In this document: positions 26,604-35,813 of the stretch, in pieces
Layout of the letters: every line of letters starts with the position of its first letter
Position numbering within the stretch: the first letter of the stretch is position 1
Assembly: GCA_001782035.1 (NCBI GenBank)
Contig: MFNL01000001.1
Span: 212,648 to 276,647 of the forward strand
From: Candidatus Levybacteria bacterium RIFCSPHIGHO2_01_FULL_37_17
GTDB taxonomy: Bacteria; Patescibacteriota; Microgenomatia; Levybacterales; UBA12049
Direction: 5' to 3'
DNA: 64,000 nt
The notes under the pieces: generated by a model
The model's database searches: none
Seen by the model: only the letters and a program-made list of their open reading frames with translations
What the model was told of the DNA's origin: nothing
Program-made: the position numbers and the translations under genes

Positions 26604-29474
26604 TCAATTATAAGCAGAGCAGAGCATCTTAAACTCGCAGGTTTTGCATATAATATTTCCGCTGCATTTAAAGTCGCTTTTTTCTATTTCTTCTATTTTT
26701 GCAATGAGCTCATCTTCCAAAACGTCTAAGTTCTTTTTTTCAAACTCTAATGATTTTTTGGTGTTTGCTTCTAAAAAGTACAAGGTTAAAATAATATCTT
26801 TCGGGTTTTTGCCCGCAAGGAGATCTTTAACTCTTGTAGCCGCAAGAGCATAAATGGCAAGTTGAAGTTGATGAGCTTTATCTGCTTTAGGATTATCAAT
26901 TCCGGTTTTGTAGTCGATAATCTCAATGCCATCTCCTCTGGGATCGATTCTGTCAATTTTACCAAACACTTTCACGCCGTTTTTAAGGACAAAATTGAAA
27001 GGCTGCTCAATTGCAAGAGGCTTGATAAAAGGACTACCTTCAGACTTATAAAACGCATCAATCATCTTTTGGGCTTGCGAAAACCTTTCTAGCTCGTGCT
27101 TTTTGCTATCGTAGCCTTCTTTTTCCCAGTTTTCTTCTAAAAGTTTTCCAAGTCGACCAAAAGTTGGTTTTTGATCCTCAATTATTAATTTATAAAATTC
27201 ATAAAACGTTTTGTGCATTGAAATTCCGAAAGATAAAACACCGGACTGCGGGGTAGGTAAGCTAAGAATAGCCTTGGCTTTATAATGAAGCGGGCAAATA
27301 TCAAACATTTGCAAATTGGAGTATGTGATATAGTCAATTTTAAGGGGCAATTTTTTTTGGCTTTTTTCTTCAACATTTTGATAAGGTGCAAGTACTTCAA
27401 GAAGCGACATCTGTTGGTTTTTTTCCAGTACTACCTCGTACTTTTTTAAGTCGGGGAGTGCTTCATAAACAAAGGGGGATAATTTTTTTTGTCTTTTCCC
27501 TGCTCCGTAATAATCTGCAGCTGTAAAATAAAGCTTTTCTTTAGCCCTTGTCATTCCAACATAAAAAAGCCTCCTTTCTTCCTCCAGGTGAAAATCCGTC
27601 ACAGCAGGAAGTTTTTCTTTAATTAATGCTTCCGGAAGGGGTATTTTGTCGGAGCGTTCCCTAGTAGGAAAACGGTCTGTTACGAGATTTGCTAAAAATA
27701 CAACTGGGAATTCAAGTCCCTTGCTTGAGTGAATCGTAAGAATGTTTACAGCGTTTGTCTCTCTTAAATCTATATCTGCCGCCAAAGGGCTGTCTCCCAT
27801 TTGCATCATTAAAGTAAGCCATTCCACCAGTGTAAAAATATTTGCATCTGAGCGTTCGGTTTCAAAATTTTTTATTCTGTCAAAAAACTTTGCAATATTT
27901 TGCACTCTTTTTTCGTCTTGCACCGATTCCGTATTTTGAAGGCTGTCATATATTTTTGTTTCCACCAAAAAATCGTATAAAAGCTGTCCGGCTTGATCTT
28001 TTCTACTTCTTCGCAAATGCTCTTCGACCATCTCCTTGAAATTTTTAAAAGTAATGACTGTTTTATCGCTTAAAAATTGTAAATTGGATTGGCTTATTGC
28101 TTCGAAAAGACTAAAGTTTCTTTTCTTTGCATAATTTAAAATATAGTTTAGCTCAACGTAAGATATCCCAAAAATTTCCATTGACAAAACCCTAAACAGA
28201 GAAACAGAATCTGAAAGATTAGTTAAAAACGTTAAATAAGCAATTAAGTCTTTAATCTCTTCTTGCTGGAAGAGATAACCGGGCCCCAAAAATTGAAAGG
28301 GAATTCTGTTTCTAAATAGTGCAGCCGTAATGGTTGAAGAATGGCTGTTTGCCCTAAGAAGAATTGCGATGTCTCTGTAGCTGTACCCCTCTTTTATTAG
28401 TGTTTTAACAGTTTGGGTGATTTTGTCGGCTTCATCCTCGGATCTAGGTTCATGAAGTAAATTTATTTTTTCATTTTTTTTGTCCGAGTGGCTCTTGAGT
28501 CTTTTTACAATATTTTCTACGACTTCTAGTCTATTAGGATTATTATTCTGTATAAGTTTGTATGAGGCATCCAAAATTTCCTGAGTTGACCTGTAATTAT
28601 CTGTAAGAGTAACAATTTTTGTTTTTGGAAAATTTTTTTTAAACTGCAATACGTTTGACACCGCGGCACCCCTGAATCTATATATAGACTGGTCGTCATC
28701 CGCTACTACATTGATATTTTCATCATCACCCGCAAGAAGAATAGCTAATTCATTCTGGGCATAGTTTGTATCTTGGAATTCATCAACAAGTATATACTTA
28801 AATTGGTTTTGATAGGTTTTTAAAACATGCGGCCTAATTCTAAAAAGAAGAAGCGTATTTGAAATTAAATCCGCAAAATCCATTATAGAGTGTTTGGTTT
28901 TCAACTCTTCGTATTTTAGAAAAGAATTTGCAAGTTCTAGGTATTGGGCATTTTCTCCCATCTTTTTTTGTTTTTTTGCCCATCCTAAGTACTGACTTGG
29001 ACTTATGTCTTCATCTTTTAGTCTTGAAAAATGTGTAAGAAGCGCTTCTAAAAATTTATTAGGATTTCCAAGAGGGCGAAATATTTGCAGTCCCAAATCA
29101 AATATATTTTGCCTTAAAAGTAAAATGGATTCGGACTCTGAAATTAACTTATAATTTGGATCAAGACCAATTAAATGTGCTTCGTTTCTCAAAATCCTGT
29201 CACAAAACGAATGGAAAGTATGAATCCAAAGGTTGGTATAGCCGTAGGGAAGCAAAACATCAACTCTGTCCTGCATTTGATGAGCTGCTTTTTCCGTAAA
29301 GGTCAAAGCTAATATTTGATCGGGTGAGGTATTCCTGTCAACTATTAAATGATTTATCCTTTGCGTAATAACTGTAGTTTTTCCCGTTCCTGCTCCCGCG
29401 ATTATTAAAAGAGGTCCACTGCCATGTTTTACAGCTTCAAGCTGATTTTTATCCAAACTAAGGCTATCGTTCAT
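26604..29474 (-). CDS. UvrD/PcrA-type SF1 helicase fused to a C-terminal PD-(D/E)xK nuclease with Cas4/AddB-like Fe-S cysteines
   Basis: The N-terminus has Walker A AGAGTGKTTV and UvrD motifs (DEFQDTN, ..YRSTQEIL..). The C-terminus has ..ICPLHY.., GKIDRID, EIIDYKTG, QLAIYA and C-x5-C-x2-C-x5-C (CSGNIICKTCEFKMLC). Confidence 0.8.
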   Translation of the reverse strand: MNDSLSLDKNQLEAVKHGSGPLLIIAGAGTGKTTVITQRINHLIVDRNTSPDQILALTFTEKAAHQMQDRVDVLLPYGYTNLWIHTFHSFCDRILRNEAHLIGLDPNYKLISESESILLLRQNIFDLGLQIFRPLGNPNKFLEALLTHFSRLKDEDISPSQYLGWAKKQKKMGENAQYLELANSFLKYEELKTKHSIMDFADLISNTLLLFRIRPHVLKTYQNQFKYILVDEFQDTNYAQNELAILLAGDDENINVVADDDQSIYRFRGAAVSNVLQFKKNFPKTKIVTLTDNYRSTQEILDASYKLIQNNNPNRLEVVENIVKRLKSHSDKKNEKINLLHEPRSEDEADKITQTVKTLIKEGYSYRDIAILLRANSHSSTITAALFRNRIPFQFLGPGYLFQQEEIKDLIAYLTFLTNLSDSVSLFRVLSMEIFGISYVELNYILNYAKKRNFSLFEAISQSNLQFLSDKTVITFKNFKEMVEEHLRRSRKDQAGQLLYDFLVETKIYDSLQNTESVQDEKRVQNIAKFFDRIKNFETERSDANIFTLVEWLTLMMQMGDSPLAADIDLRETNAVNILTIHSSKGLEFPVVFLANLVTDRFPTRERSDKIPLPEALIKEKLPAVTDFHLEEERRLFYVGMTRAKEKLYFTAADYYGAGKRQKKLSPFVYEALPDLKKYEVVLEKNQQMSLLEVLAPYQNVEEKSQKKLPLKIDYITYSNLQMFDICPLHYKAKAILSLPTPQSGVLSFGISMHKTFYEFYKLIIEDQKPTFGRLGKLLEENWEKEGYDSKKHELERFSQAQKMIDAFYKSEGSPFIKPLAIEQPFNFVLKNGVKVFGKIDRIDPRGDGIEIIDYKTGIDNPKADKAHQLQLAIYALAATRVKDLLAGKNPKDIILTLYFLEANTKKSLEFEKKNLDVLEDELIAKIEEIEKSDFKCSGNIICKTCEFKMLCSAYN

Positions 29475-29506
29475 GTAAGTAATGTATTATAACAAAACTC
29501 AGCTTG

Positions 29507-29926
29507 TTATTTTACCATTACAGTACCTGTTTGCTCCGGATGCAAGTGATTGTGATAAGCGTAAGTTCCCGCCTTATCAAATACTACGGAAACAGTCGTG
29601 CCGTTATCAAAATTGCCCAAATTTAGGAAAGGAAATCTTAAATGAGTAGGATGGTTATCCGAGCTGACATTTGTAACCTCTCCGCTACTGTTTGTCCAAA
29701 CTACGTTCGTATCTACTGAGACAGTTAAGGATTGTGGCTCAAAACCGGTTGCCGTAACATTAACGGATGCTTCTTTATTTTGTTCTTCGGTCTGTGTTTG
29801 TGCTTGCGTCGGATTTGGATTTTGGGTTCCTGCTTGATTTGTTGACTTATTGGACAAAAGTAAATAACCAGCAACTAATACTACTAAAACGACTGCACCC
29901 AACATTAATAGTCTTGTGTTATTCAT
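29507..29926 (-). CDS. membrane-anchored cupredoxin-like domain protein (Cys-less, His-rich)
   Basis: An N-terminal TM helix is followed by a Gln/Thr-rich linker. The beta-sandwich sequence ..FEPQSLTVSVDTNVVWTN.. ends ..AGTYAYHNHLHPEQTGTVMV, which resembles the plastocyanin/amicyanin C-terminus without the Cys ligand. Confidence 0.4.
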   Translation of the reverse strand: MNNTRLLMLGAVVLVVLVAGYLLLSNKSTNQAGTQNPNPTQAQTQTEEQNKEASVNVTATGFEPQSLTVSVDTNVVWTNSSGEVTNVSSDNHPTHLRFPFLNLGNFDNGTTVSVVFDKAGTYAYHNHLHPEQTGTVMVK

Positions 29927-30917
29927 TTATTTCACCTCCTTTCGAAAGTTTTTCTTGGTTTTCTTTTTCTAAAGATTTAGTTGTATCAAGCTTGCTCCCC
30001 ATTTTCTCAAAAGAGGAGGATACGTTTGTAAATTGAGAAGAAGCATTTGTAATGTGCCTTCCTAAAACCGAAAGTCCGTTATTTACTTTCTGATAGTCTA
30101 CTTTAAGCGCTCTAAGAAGTGCAAATACCTCTTTTGATCTTGTTTCTATCTTCTTTCCTTCAAAAGAGAGAAGTATCATTTGAAGATGCGCATAGAGCGT
30201 TGTAGGTGAGACCACATATACTCTTTGACTTCTTGCATACCCCATTAGTTCTGTCATATCTGCCACTTCGTAAAAAACAGTTTCAGAAGGAATATACATA
30301 AAGCAAAAATCCATTGTTCCTTCTTCGGGCAAAATATATTTTTTTGCAATAGCGTCAATATGTTTTTTAACGTCTTTCACAAAGTCCTTTTTAAAAACAT
30401 CTTTTTCCTCCTTTTGTGTCGCTTTGATCATTTTTTGGAAATTTTCCATAGGGAATTTTGAGTCAATTGGCAAAATTCCGGCGTCTGTTTTTAGCGCCGC
30501 ATCCACCCTATCTCCTGTTTTAAATTGGTATTGTAAGTGGAAGCTGTTTTTCGGAAAAACCTGGGAGATTAAGTCTTTTAAAACTTCCTCTCCGATATTG
30601 CCTCGGAGCTTTGGGCTTTTTAAAAAATCCTGAAGTTCTCTCATATTTCTTCCTATTTCGCTCATTTCCCCAATGCCTTTATTGACGTCACGTATTGCAA
30701 TGGCTGCTTTATCAAGCCTGTCGTTTAGTTGGGCCGAATTTGCCTGCAGTGTTTTAACCATGCTTGAGCTTGTTGAGTCAAGAGAATTTTGCATAGTTTT
30801 GAGCCATTCGATAAGGGTTGTCTCTGCGGAATTTTTGGACTTTCGAAGTTGCACGAATAGGATTAAAGAAAAGCCCAAAATCAAAATTGCAACGATTATT
30901 ATGTTATCTATTTGCAT
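29919..30917 (-). CDS. rmuC: DNA recombination protein RmuC
   Basis: An N-terminal TM helix and coiled coil precede the RmuC C-terminal domain (..ILPIDSKFPMENF.., ..DFCFMYIPSE..). Confidence 0.7.
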   Translation of the reverse strand: MQIDNIIIVAILILGFSLILFVQLRKSKNSAETTLIEWLKTMQNSLDSTSSSMVKTLQANSAQLNDRLDKAAIAIRDVNKGIGEMSEIGRNMRELQDFLKSPKLRGNIGEEVLKDLISQVFPKNSFHLQYQFKTGDRVDAALKTDAGILPIDSKFPMENFQKMIKATQKEEKDVFKKDFVKDVKKHIDAIAKKYILPEEGTMDFCFMYIPSETVFYEVADMTELMGYARSQRVYVVSPTTLYAHLQMILLSFEGKKIETRSKEVFALLRALKVDYQKVNNGLSVLGRHITNASSQFTNVSSSFEKMGSKLDTTKSLEKENQEKLSKGGEINE

Positions 30918-30944
30918 TTAGACAGTAAAACTTATTTTAGCAGA

Positions 30945-31955
30945 TTAGTCAAAATAAAGCTCCGGGTTTGCCTGTATTTTATCCCAACTAGTTTCTTTGC
31001 CAATGAGTGTGGCTGCTGCACCAATCATAGCTGCGTTGTCTGTGCACAGCTGCTTTTCGGGTACGAGAAGCGGAATTTTTAATTTCAAACTTCTAATTTC
31101 TAATTCAAACTTATCACGGAGAGTTTGATTTGCGGCAACACCTCCGCCAAGAAGAATGGACTTTGCGCCAAATTCTTTAGTAGCTTTTAAAGTTTTAGTA
31201 ACTAAGACATCCACAATTGCAGTCTGTACAGAAGCAGATATATTTTCAAGGTTCGGAGCCCTGCCAGCAGAATCCATTTTTTGAACTTCCCTAAAAACGG
31301 CTGTTTTTAAACCGCTGAAACTGAAATCATAATCAGCGGAATGCATTAAGGGTCTTGGAAATTTAAAAATATCTTTTCCCTTTTTTGCCAACTCTTCAAT
31401 TTTTGGTCCTGCTGGATAAGGAAGCCCTAGAAGCCTTCCGGTTTTATCTAAAGCCTCTCCGGCAGCATCGTCTCTTGTACCACCAAGCCACTTTAAACTT
31501 TTGCTGCCTTTCATCAATACAAGGTCGGTATGTCCTCCTGAAACAACAAGGGCAATTGCGGGAAACTCAATATCCCGCTTTTCTATAAAATTGGCATAAA
31601 TATGGCCGAACAAATGATTGACAGGAATAATTGGCTTTTTCCAAGCATATGCATATGCTTTTACTGTTTCAACTCCTACCAGAAGGGAGCCGATTAAGCC
31701 GGGACCAACAGTTACTGCCAGTTTGTCGATGTTGTTTTGTGAGGACTTAGATTCTTCGAGTGCTTGCTTTATAACTGGAATAATATATTTTAGCTGTTCT
31801 CTTGCAGCAGCTTCAGGTATTACTCCGCCTGTTTTGCTATGAAGCGGAAGCGAAGTTGCAACAACGTTAGATAATAATCTTAGTGTCACTCCTTCGGCTT
31901 CTATTACCGAAGCTCCCGTTTCATCGCAGCTTGTCTCAACAGCAAGGATTCTCAT
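30945..31955 (-). CDS. tsaD: tRNA N6-adenosine threonylcarbamoyltransferase TsaD (Kae1/Gcp)
   Basis: The sequence MRILAVETSCDETGASV.. and the His-His metal site ..HLFGHIY.. match the ASKHA fold. Confidence 0.9.
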   Translation of the reverse strand: MRILAVETSCDETGASVIEAEGVTLRLLSNVVATSLPLHSKTGGVIPEAAAREQLKYIIPVIKQALEESKSSQNNIDKLAVTVGPGLIGSLLVGVETVKAYAYAWKKPIIPVNHLFGHIYANFIEKRDIEFPAIALVVSGGHTDLVLMKGSKSLKWLGGTRDDAAGEALDKTGRLLGLPYPAGPKIEELAKKGKDIFKFPRPLMHSADYDFSFSGLKTAVFREVQKMDSAGRAPNLENISASVQTAIVDVLVTKTLKATKEFGAKSILLGGGVAANQTLRDKFELEIRSLKLKIPLLVPEKQLCTDNAAMIGAAATLIGKETSWDKIQANPELYFD

Positions 31956-32392
31956 TTTATAATTCTAACTTCGTCTCCTTCCTTAAAATTGTTTTTATCA
32001 GAAACCCCTGCTTTTACTTCTATTACGGTATCTGAAAAAAGTCGGGGCTGATAAAGTGGAAGTGCATCGTTAATTGATTTCGGCGGCGGTAAATTTTTGA
32101 AAATCTGAATAATTTTTGAATTATTTACGAAAATTATATCTATAGGGAATTTCATGCCCTTCATCCAGAATATAGGTTTCACATTATTTTCAAAAGGAAA
32201 AACCATTACAAAATCGTCTTGTATGGTGTCATATTTGGAAAGTCCGATTTCCTTTTGTTTGCTTGTGATTGCAAATTCCGCTTTAAACTTAGTCTCATTT
32301 ATTACAACAGAACTTCTATTATTAGTGTTTTGAAAAGTGGAGATTATCAAAAGTGCGAATAAGCCTATTAGCAAAACTGTGATTTTTTTCAT
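31952..32392 (-). CDS. DUF192-family secreted protein
   Basis: A signal/TM anchor is followed by ..IFWMKGMKFPIDIIFV.., which is characteristic of DUF192 (COG1430). Confidence 0.5.
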   Translation of the reverse strand: MKKITVLLIGLFALLIISTFQNTNNRSSVVINETKFKAEFAITSKQKEIGLSKYDTIQDDFVMVFPFENNVKPIFWMKGMKFPIDIIFVNNSKIIQIFKNLPPPKSINDALPLYQPRLFSDTVIEVKAGVSDKNNFKEGDEVRIIK

Positions 32393-32394
32393 TG

Positions 32395-32874
32395 TCAGAA
32401 GCTTTTGGAAACAATATCGGCAATCTTCGTAGTTGATTTGTTTTTAATTCTTGGAATTACTTCGATTACTTTTGCGCCCACTTTTTCTCCCTGCCTTTTG
32501 GCATGAATTAAAGTCGTGCTTTGTGAGGTTACGGCAATCACGTCGGGTTTGATTATTGCAATCAAACCGTCGTAATCTTTAAAGTTATCCTCAAGCATTA
32601 TTACATAATCAACAAATATTAAAGACGCGAGAATTTCCGCTCTTTCCGCTTGTGGATTAATAGGACGGGTATTTCCTTTTTCTTTTTTTGCACGACTGTC
32701 TGATTCAAGAAGAACTAAGAGTACGTCTTTCTGCCTCTTTGCTTTTTGAAGAAACCTTATGTGTCCGATGTGAAGTATGTCAAAAATGCCACCGCACAAA
32801 ACTAATTTTTTTCCATGATTTTTTAAATCTTGAGATATTTTTTTTGCCTGATTGGCAGTTATAATTTTATTCAT
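32395..32874 (-). CDS. cytidylyltransferase-like nucleotidyltransferase (RfaE domain II / heptose-1-phosphate adenylyltransferase-like)
   Basis: The HxGH motif reads LCGGIFDILHIGHIRFL. The sequences ..RAKKEKGNTRPINP..ERAEILASL..VDYV.. and ..STTKI.. resemble the HldE C-terminal domain. Confidence 0.6.
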   Translation of the reverse strand: MNKIITANQAKKISQDLKNHGKKLVLCGGIFDILHIGHIRFLQKAKRQKDVLLVLLESDSRAKKEKGNTRPINPQAERAEILASLIFVDYVIMLEDNFKDYDGLIAIIKPDVIAVTSQSTTLIHAKRQGEKVGAKVIEVIPRIKNKSTTKIADIVSKSF

Positions 32875-32875
32875 T

Positions 32876-34324
32876 CTAAACGGGATTTGTTCCTTTTAAA
32901 AATACTGCCCTCCATGGCTGGTAATTCGAATAGTACCTCTCATTAATTATTGTTTTGCCTTGTTTTTCAACTCTGTAGTCGAAATATACAGATGCTCCAT
33001 ATGCTGCAAAATCTACTTGTTTAATGGTTCCAAGAGGAAGCGTCGGATCATCCTGATAGAGTGCTTCCGGCGGAGGACGTTGATTATAGACCACAGGCTT
33101 TGTGATAGCTGCGACCCTGCCGTCTCTTGTTCCATATAGGTAAAATTTTAAAGATAAATTATCCAAATCAATTTCGCTTTGGACCAAAATGTGATTTCCT
33201 GTATCATTTTTAAATTTTAAATCAACGCTTGGAACAAAAATGGTTGCATCAAGCCCGGGGGAAGAGTCTTCTTCGTAATATCCAACCCTGTAAGCGTGTG
33301 CGTGGCGCTCTGTTATCGGAAGACCTGCGTTAAGTAACGCTCTAAAAAATGTTGTTGAAACCTGACATACACCACCTCCGTCTCCTAATATTGTTCTACC
33401 GTTTTGGATGATATATGCCTGTTTGTAACCGGTAAAGGAAGACACGTCCCCCAGGGCTTTGTCAAAAGAAAATTCTTCTCCAGGTTCTATTAATAGTCCG
33501 TTTAGTCTTTCTGCTGCTAGATTTATATTATAAATTCTTGATGGAATAGAATGGTAAAATAGAGAAGAGCCTTGTCCAATTAGCTCTTTTATACCTAAAT
33601 TATTTGCTTCCTCCGTTTTAACAGCAGGGGGAATTATTTTGATTGGTATAGTTACAACTGCCGAGATAGGTTTTTCCGCAGAGACAACAGCAAGAGTTTT
33701 GTCATGAATATTTTGAAATAAAAGATCTAGATTAACCGTTTGGCCGTCCTCGGAGGCTTTAAATGTTGTAACGCGACCATTTTCAAATTTAAACTGGGCA
33801 TCAATAGGCTTTTTGTCAACTTTTGCTTTTATTTCCGAAATTGCATCTTCAACCTTTTGCTGCGAAAACTTGTAGGAAGGGGAAAGTTTTACTCCGCCAG
33901 TATATGCCTGCACTATTATGCTCATGTTGCTAAAAACATTTACAGAGCGTCCCAAGAGATATGCTTGCTCCGAAAGAAGAGTTGAGTCATAGCCAAAACC
34001 TATTTCTTTTGCAGAAACTGTTGCAATCCCGTAATCATTTTTCAGAACAAAGCTGCTCATTCCTATTTTTTCATTTCTTAGGTCAAAATACGCTTTAACA
34101 TCAGCCTTTGTTTTCCCTCCGAAATCCTTACCTTGAATTTTAATTCCAGGATAAATCTGGTTATTGTAGAGTGTCTGGTAGAATAAAGAACCTACTCCAA
34201 AAAGAAGAATTAGTGTAATAATAGCGCCGGTTAAAAACCAGAAAATATTTTTCAGAACTTTCTGTGTATGCCTTTTATATTTAAATCTAAAGATGGTTTT
34301 TAGCCTCTGTAATGAAAGATCCAT
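32876..34324 (-). CDS. VanW-family protein (membrane-anchored)
   Basis: An N-terminal TM helix is followed by the VanW core ..NGRTILGDGGGVCQVSTTFFRALLNAGLPITERHAHAY... Confidence 0.7.
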   Translation of the reverse strand: MDLSLQRLKTIFRFKYKRHTQKVLKNIFWFLTGAIITLILLFGVGSLFYQTLYNNQIYPGIKIQGKDFGGKTKADVKAYFDLRNEKIGMSSFVLKNDYGIATVSAKEIGFGYDSTLLSEQAYLLGRSVNVFSNMSIIVQAYTGGVKLSPSYKFSQQKVEDAISEIKAKVDKKPIDAQFKFENGRVTTFKASEDGQTVNLDLLFQNIHDKTLAVVSAEKPISAVVTIPIKIIPPAVKTEEANNLGIKELIGQGSSLFYHSIPSRIYNINLAAERLNGLLIEPGEEFSFDKALGDVSSFTGYKQAYIIQNGRTILGDGGGVCQVSTTFFRALLNAGLPITERHAHAYRVGYYEEDSSPGLDATIFVPSVDLKFKNDTGNHILVQSEIDLDNLSLKFYLYGTRDGRVAAITKPVVYNQRPPPEALYQDDPTLPLGTIKQVDFAAYGASVYFDYRVEKQGKTIINERYYSNYQPWRAVFLKGTNPV

Positions 34325-34358
34325 TTGAGTAGGAAATTTTCTTGTATTATACTATACT

Positions 34359-35813
34359 TTGACTATGCAAAACGAACAAAGTTCCAATCCACAAGCGAAG
34401 GCATCCGATTTTTTGAATCCTCCTGTGCAAGCTGTTCAAAATCAAACTGAAAATACTCCAGTTAGTCCTTCTTTACCCACCGCCACTGCTGGCGCAACGC
34501 CTCCACCAGAGAAACGTTTTTCAATAAAAACATCAGGGATTTTAAAAATTATTGTAGGATTAATTAGTGTCCTGGTAATAATTGCGCTTGTTTATCTTAT
34601 CGCCACAAGATTTTTGGGAGGAGCAAGCAAAGAAATTACACTTAACCTTTGGGGAATTTGGGAAGATGGAAAAACCATGCAGGCTGTGATTGCTGATTTT
34701 GAAAGACAGAATCCAAACGTTAAAGTCACATACAGTAAGCAGGATTTAAAGCAATATAAAGACAGACTTTTGGCGAGAAGTCAAAACGACAATCGACCAG
34801 ACACCTTTTTATTCCATAATACCTGGAAAGAGGTATTGTCAGAAATTTTGTTACCGGTTCCGGAAAGTGTCATGTCGAAGCAAGATTTCGAAAAAAATTA
34901 TTACAACGTAATAAAAAAAGATTTGGCTCCTAAGGGTGCAATATATGGAATCCCCTCTAACATAGACACGCTCGTTATGTTTGTAAACAAGGATTTATTT
35001 AGCGCAACGGGTTCAGAAATACCTGCAAACTGGAATGATTTTATAGATACCGCAAGAGGCCTTACCGTAAAAGATGAAGAAGGAAAAATAATAACTTCGG
35101 GCGCCGCTCTTGGTACTTATGAGAATGTAACCCATGCTCCAGACATAGTATCGCTGCTTTTTCTCCAAAATGGAGTAAATATTAAAAATCTGGACGCTAC
35201 CTCTGATAGAGCAATTGGTGCGCTTAATTTTTACACCGCATTTGCACTTGATGAAAATAATGTTTGGAATGCCTCAGAAGAGCCCTCAATCGTTAAGTTT
35301 TCAGCTGGAAAGCTCGCAATGTATTTTGGATATTCCTGGGATTATTACGATATTAAGGCCGCAAATCCGAATATAAATCTGCAAATTGTGCCTGTCCCGC
35401 AACTGGGTGATGAGCCAATAAATCTGGCCAGTTACTGGGCATGGGGAGCTAACCTTAAAAGCAAAAATCAAAAAGAAGCATTAGCGCTTTTGAAACTATT
35501 AACAAGTAAAGAAACACAGATGAAATTATATTCAGAAGAAGCCAAGGGGAGAGAATTTGGCGAGCCTTATCCACGAGTGGATTTAGCGGAAAGTTTAAAA
35601 GATACAGTCATTTATCCTGTTGTTCTTCAAGCTGCTTATGCCGATTCAAGTTTTCTAGTTGATGCAGCCGGCGACAATGGAATAAATAAAGAATTAAATA
35701 GTTATTTGGAAAATGCAGTAAATTCAATTAACACAGGAACTTCAGTTGAATCTGCTTTCGACACATTTAAACAAGGGGTTTTTCAGGTTCTAGAAAAGTA
35801 TGGACAGCAGTAG
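34359..35813 (+). CDS. extracellular solute-binding protein (sugar ABC-transporter SBP family 1-like) with an N-terminal TM anchor
   Basis: A Pro/Thr/Gln-rich N-terminus and TM helix precede an SBP-like domain (..ITLNLWGIWEDGK..FERQNPNVKV.., ..FSAGKLAMYFGYSWDY..). No permease or ATPase lies adjacent. Confidence 0.55.
   Translation: MTMQNEQSSNPQAKASDFLNPPVQAVQNQTENTPVSPSLPTATAGATPPPEKRFSIKTSGILKIIVGLISVLVIIALVYLIATRFLGGASKEITLNLWGIWEDGKTMQAVIADFERQNPNVKVTYSKQDLKQYKDRLLARSQNDNRPDTFLFHNTWKEVLSEILLPVPESVMSKQDFEKNYYNVIKKDLAPKGAIYGIPSNIDTLVMFVNKDLFSATGSEIPANWNDFIDTARGLTVKDEEGKIITSGAALGTYENVTHAPDIVSLLFLQNGVNIKNLDATSDRAIGALNFYTAFALDENNVWNASEEPSIVKFSAGKLAMYFGYSWDYYDIKAANPNINLQIVPVPQLGDEPINLASYWAWGANLKSKNQKEALALLKLLTSKETQMKLYSEEAKGREFGEPYPRVDLAESLKDTVIYPVVLQAAYADSSFLVDAAGDNGINKELNSYLENAVNSINTGTSVESAFDTFKQGVFQVLEKYGQQ

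Noticed and set aside
26396-26632. 78-aa (+) and 60-aa (-) ORFs in the AI-2E/helicase spacer
   Set aside because: The region is explained by RNase P RNA, with P1/P4/3' motifs present. The ORF translations are Arg/Ser/Cys-rich junk, as expected from GC-rich structured RNA.
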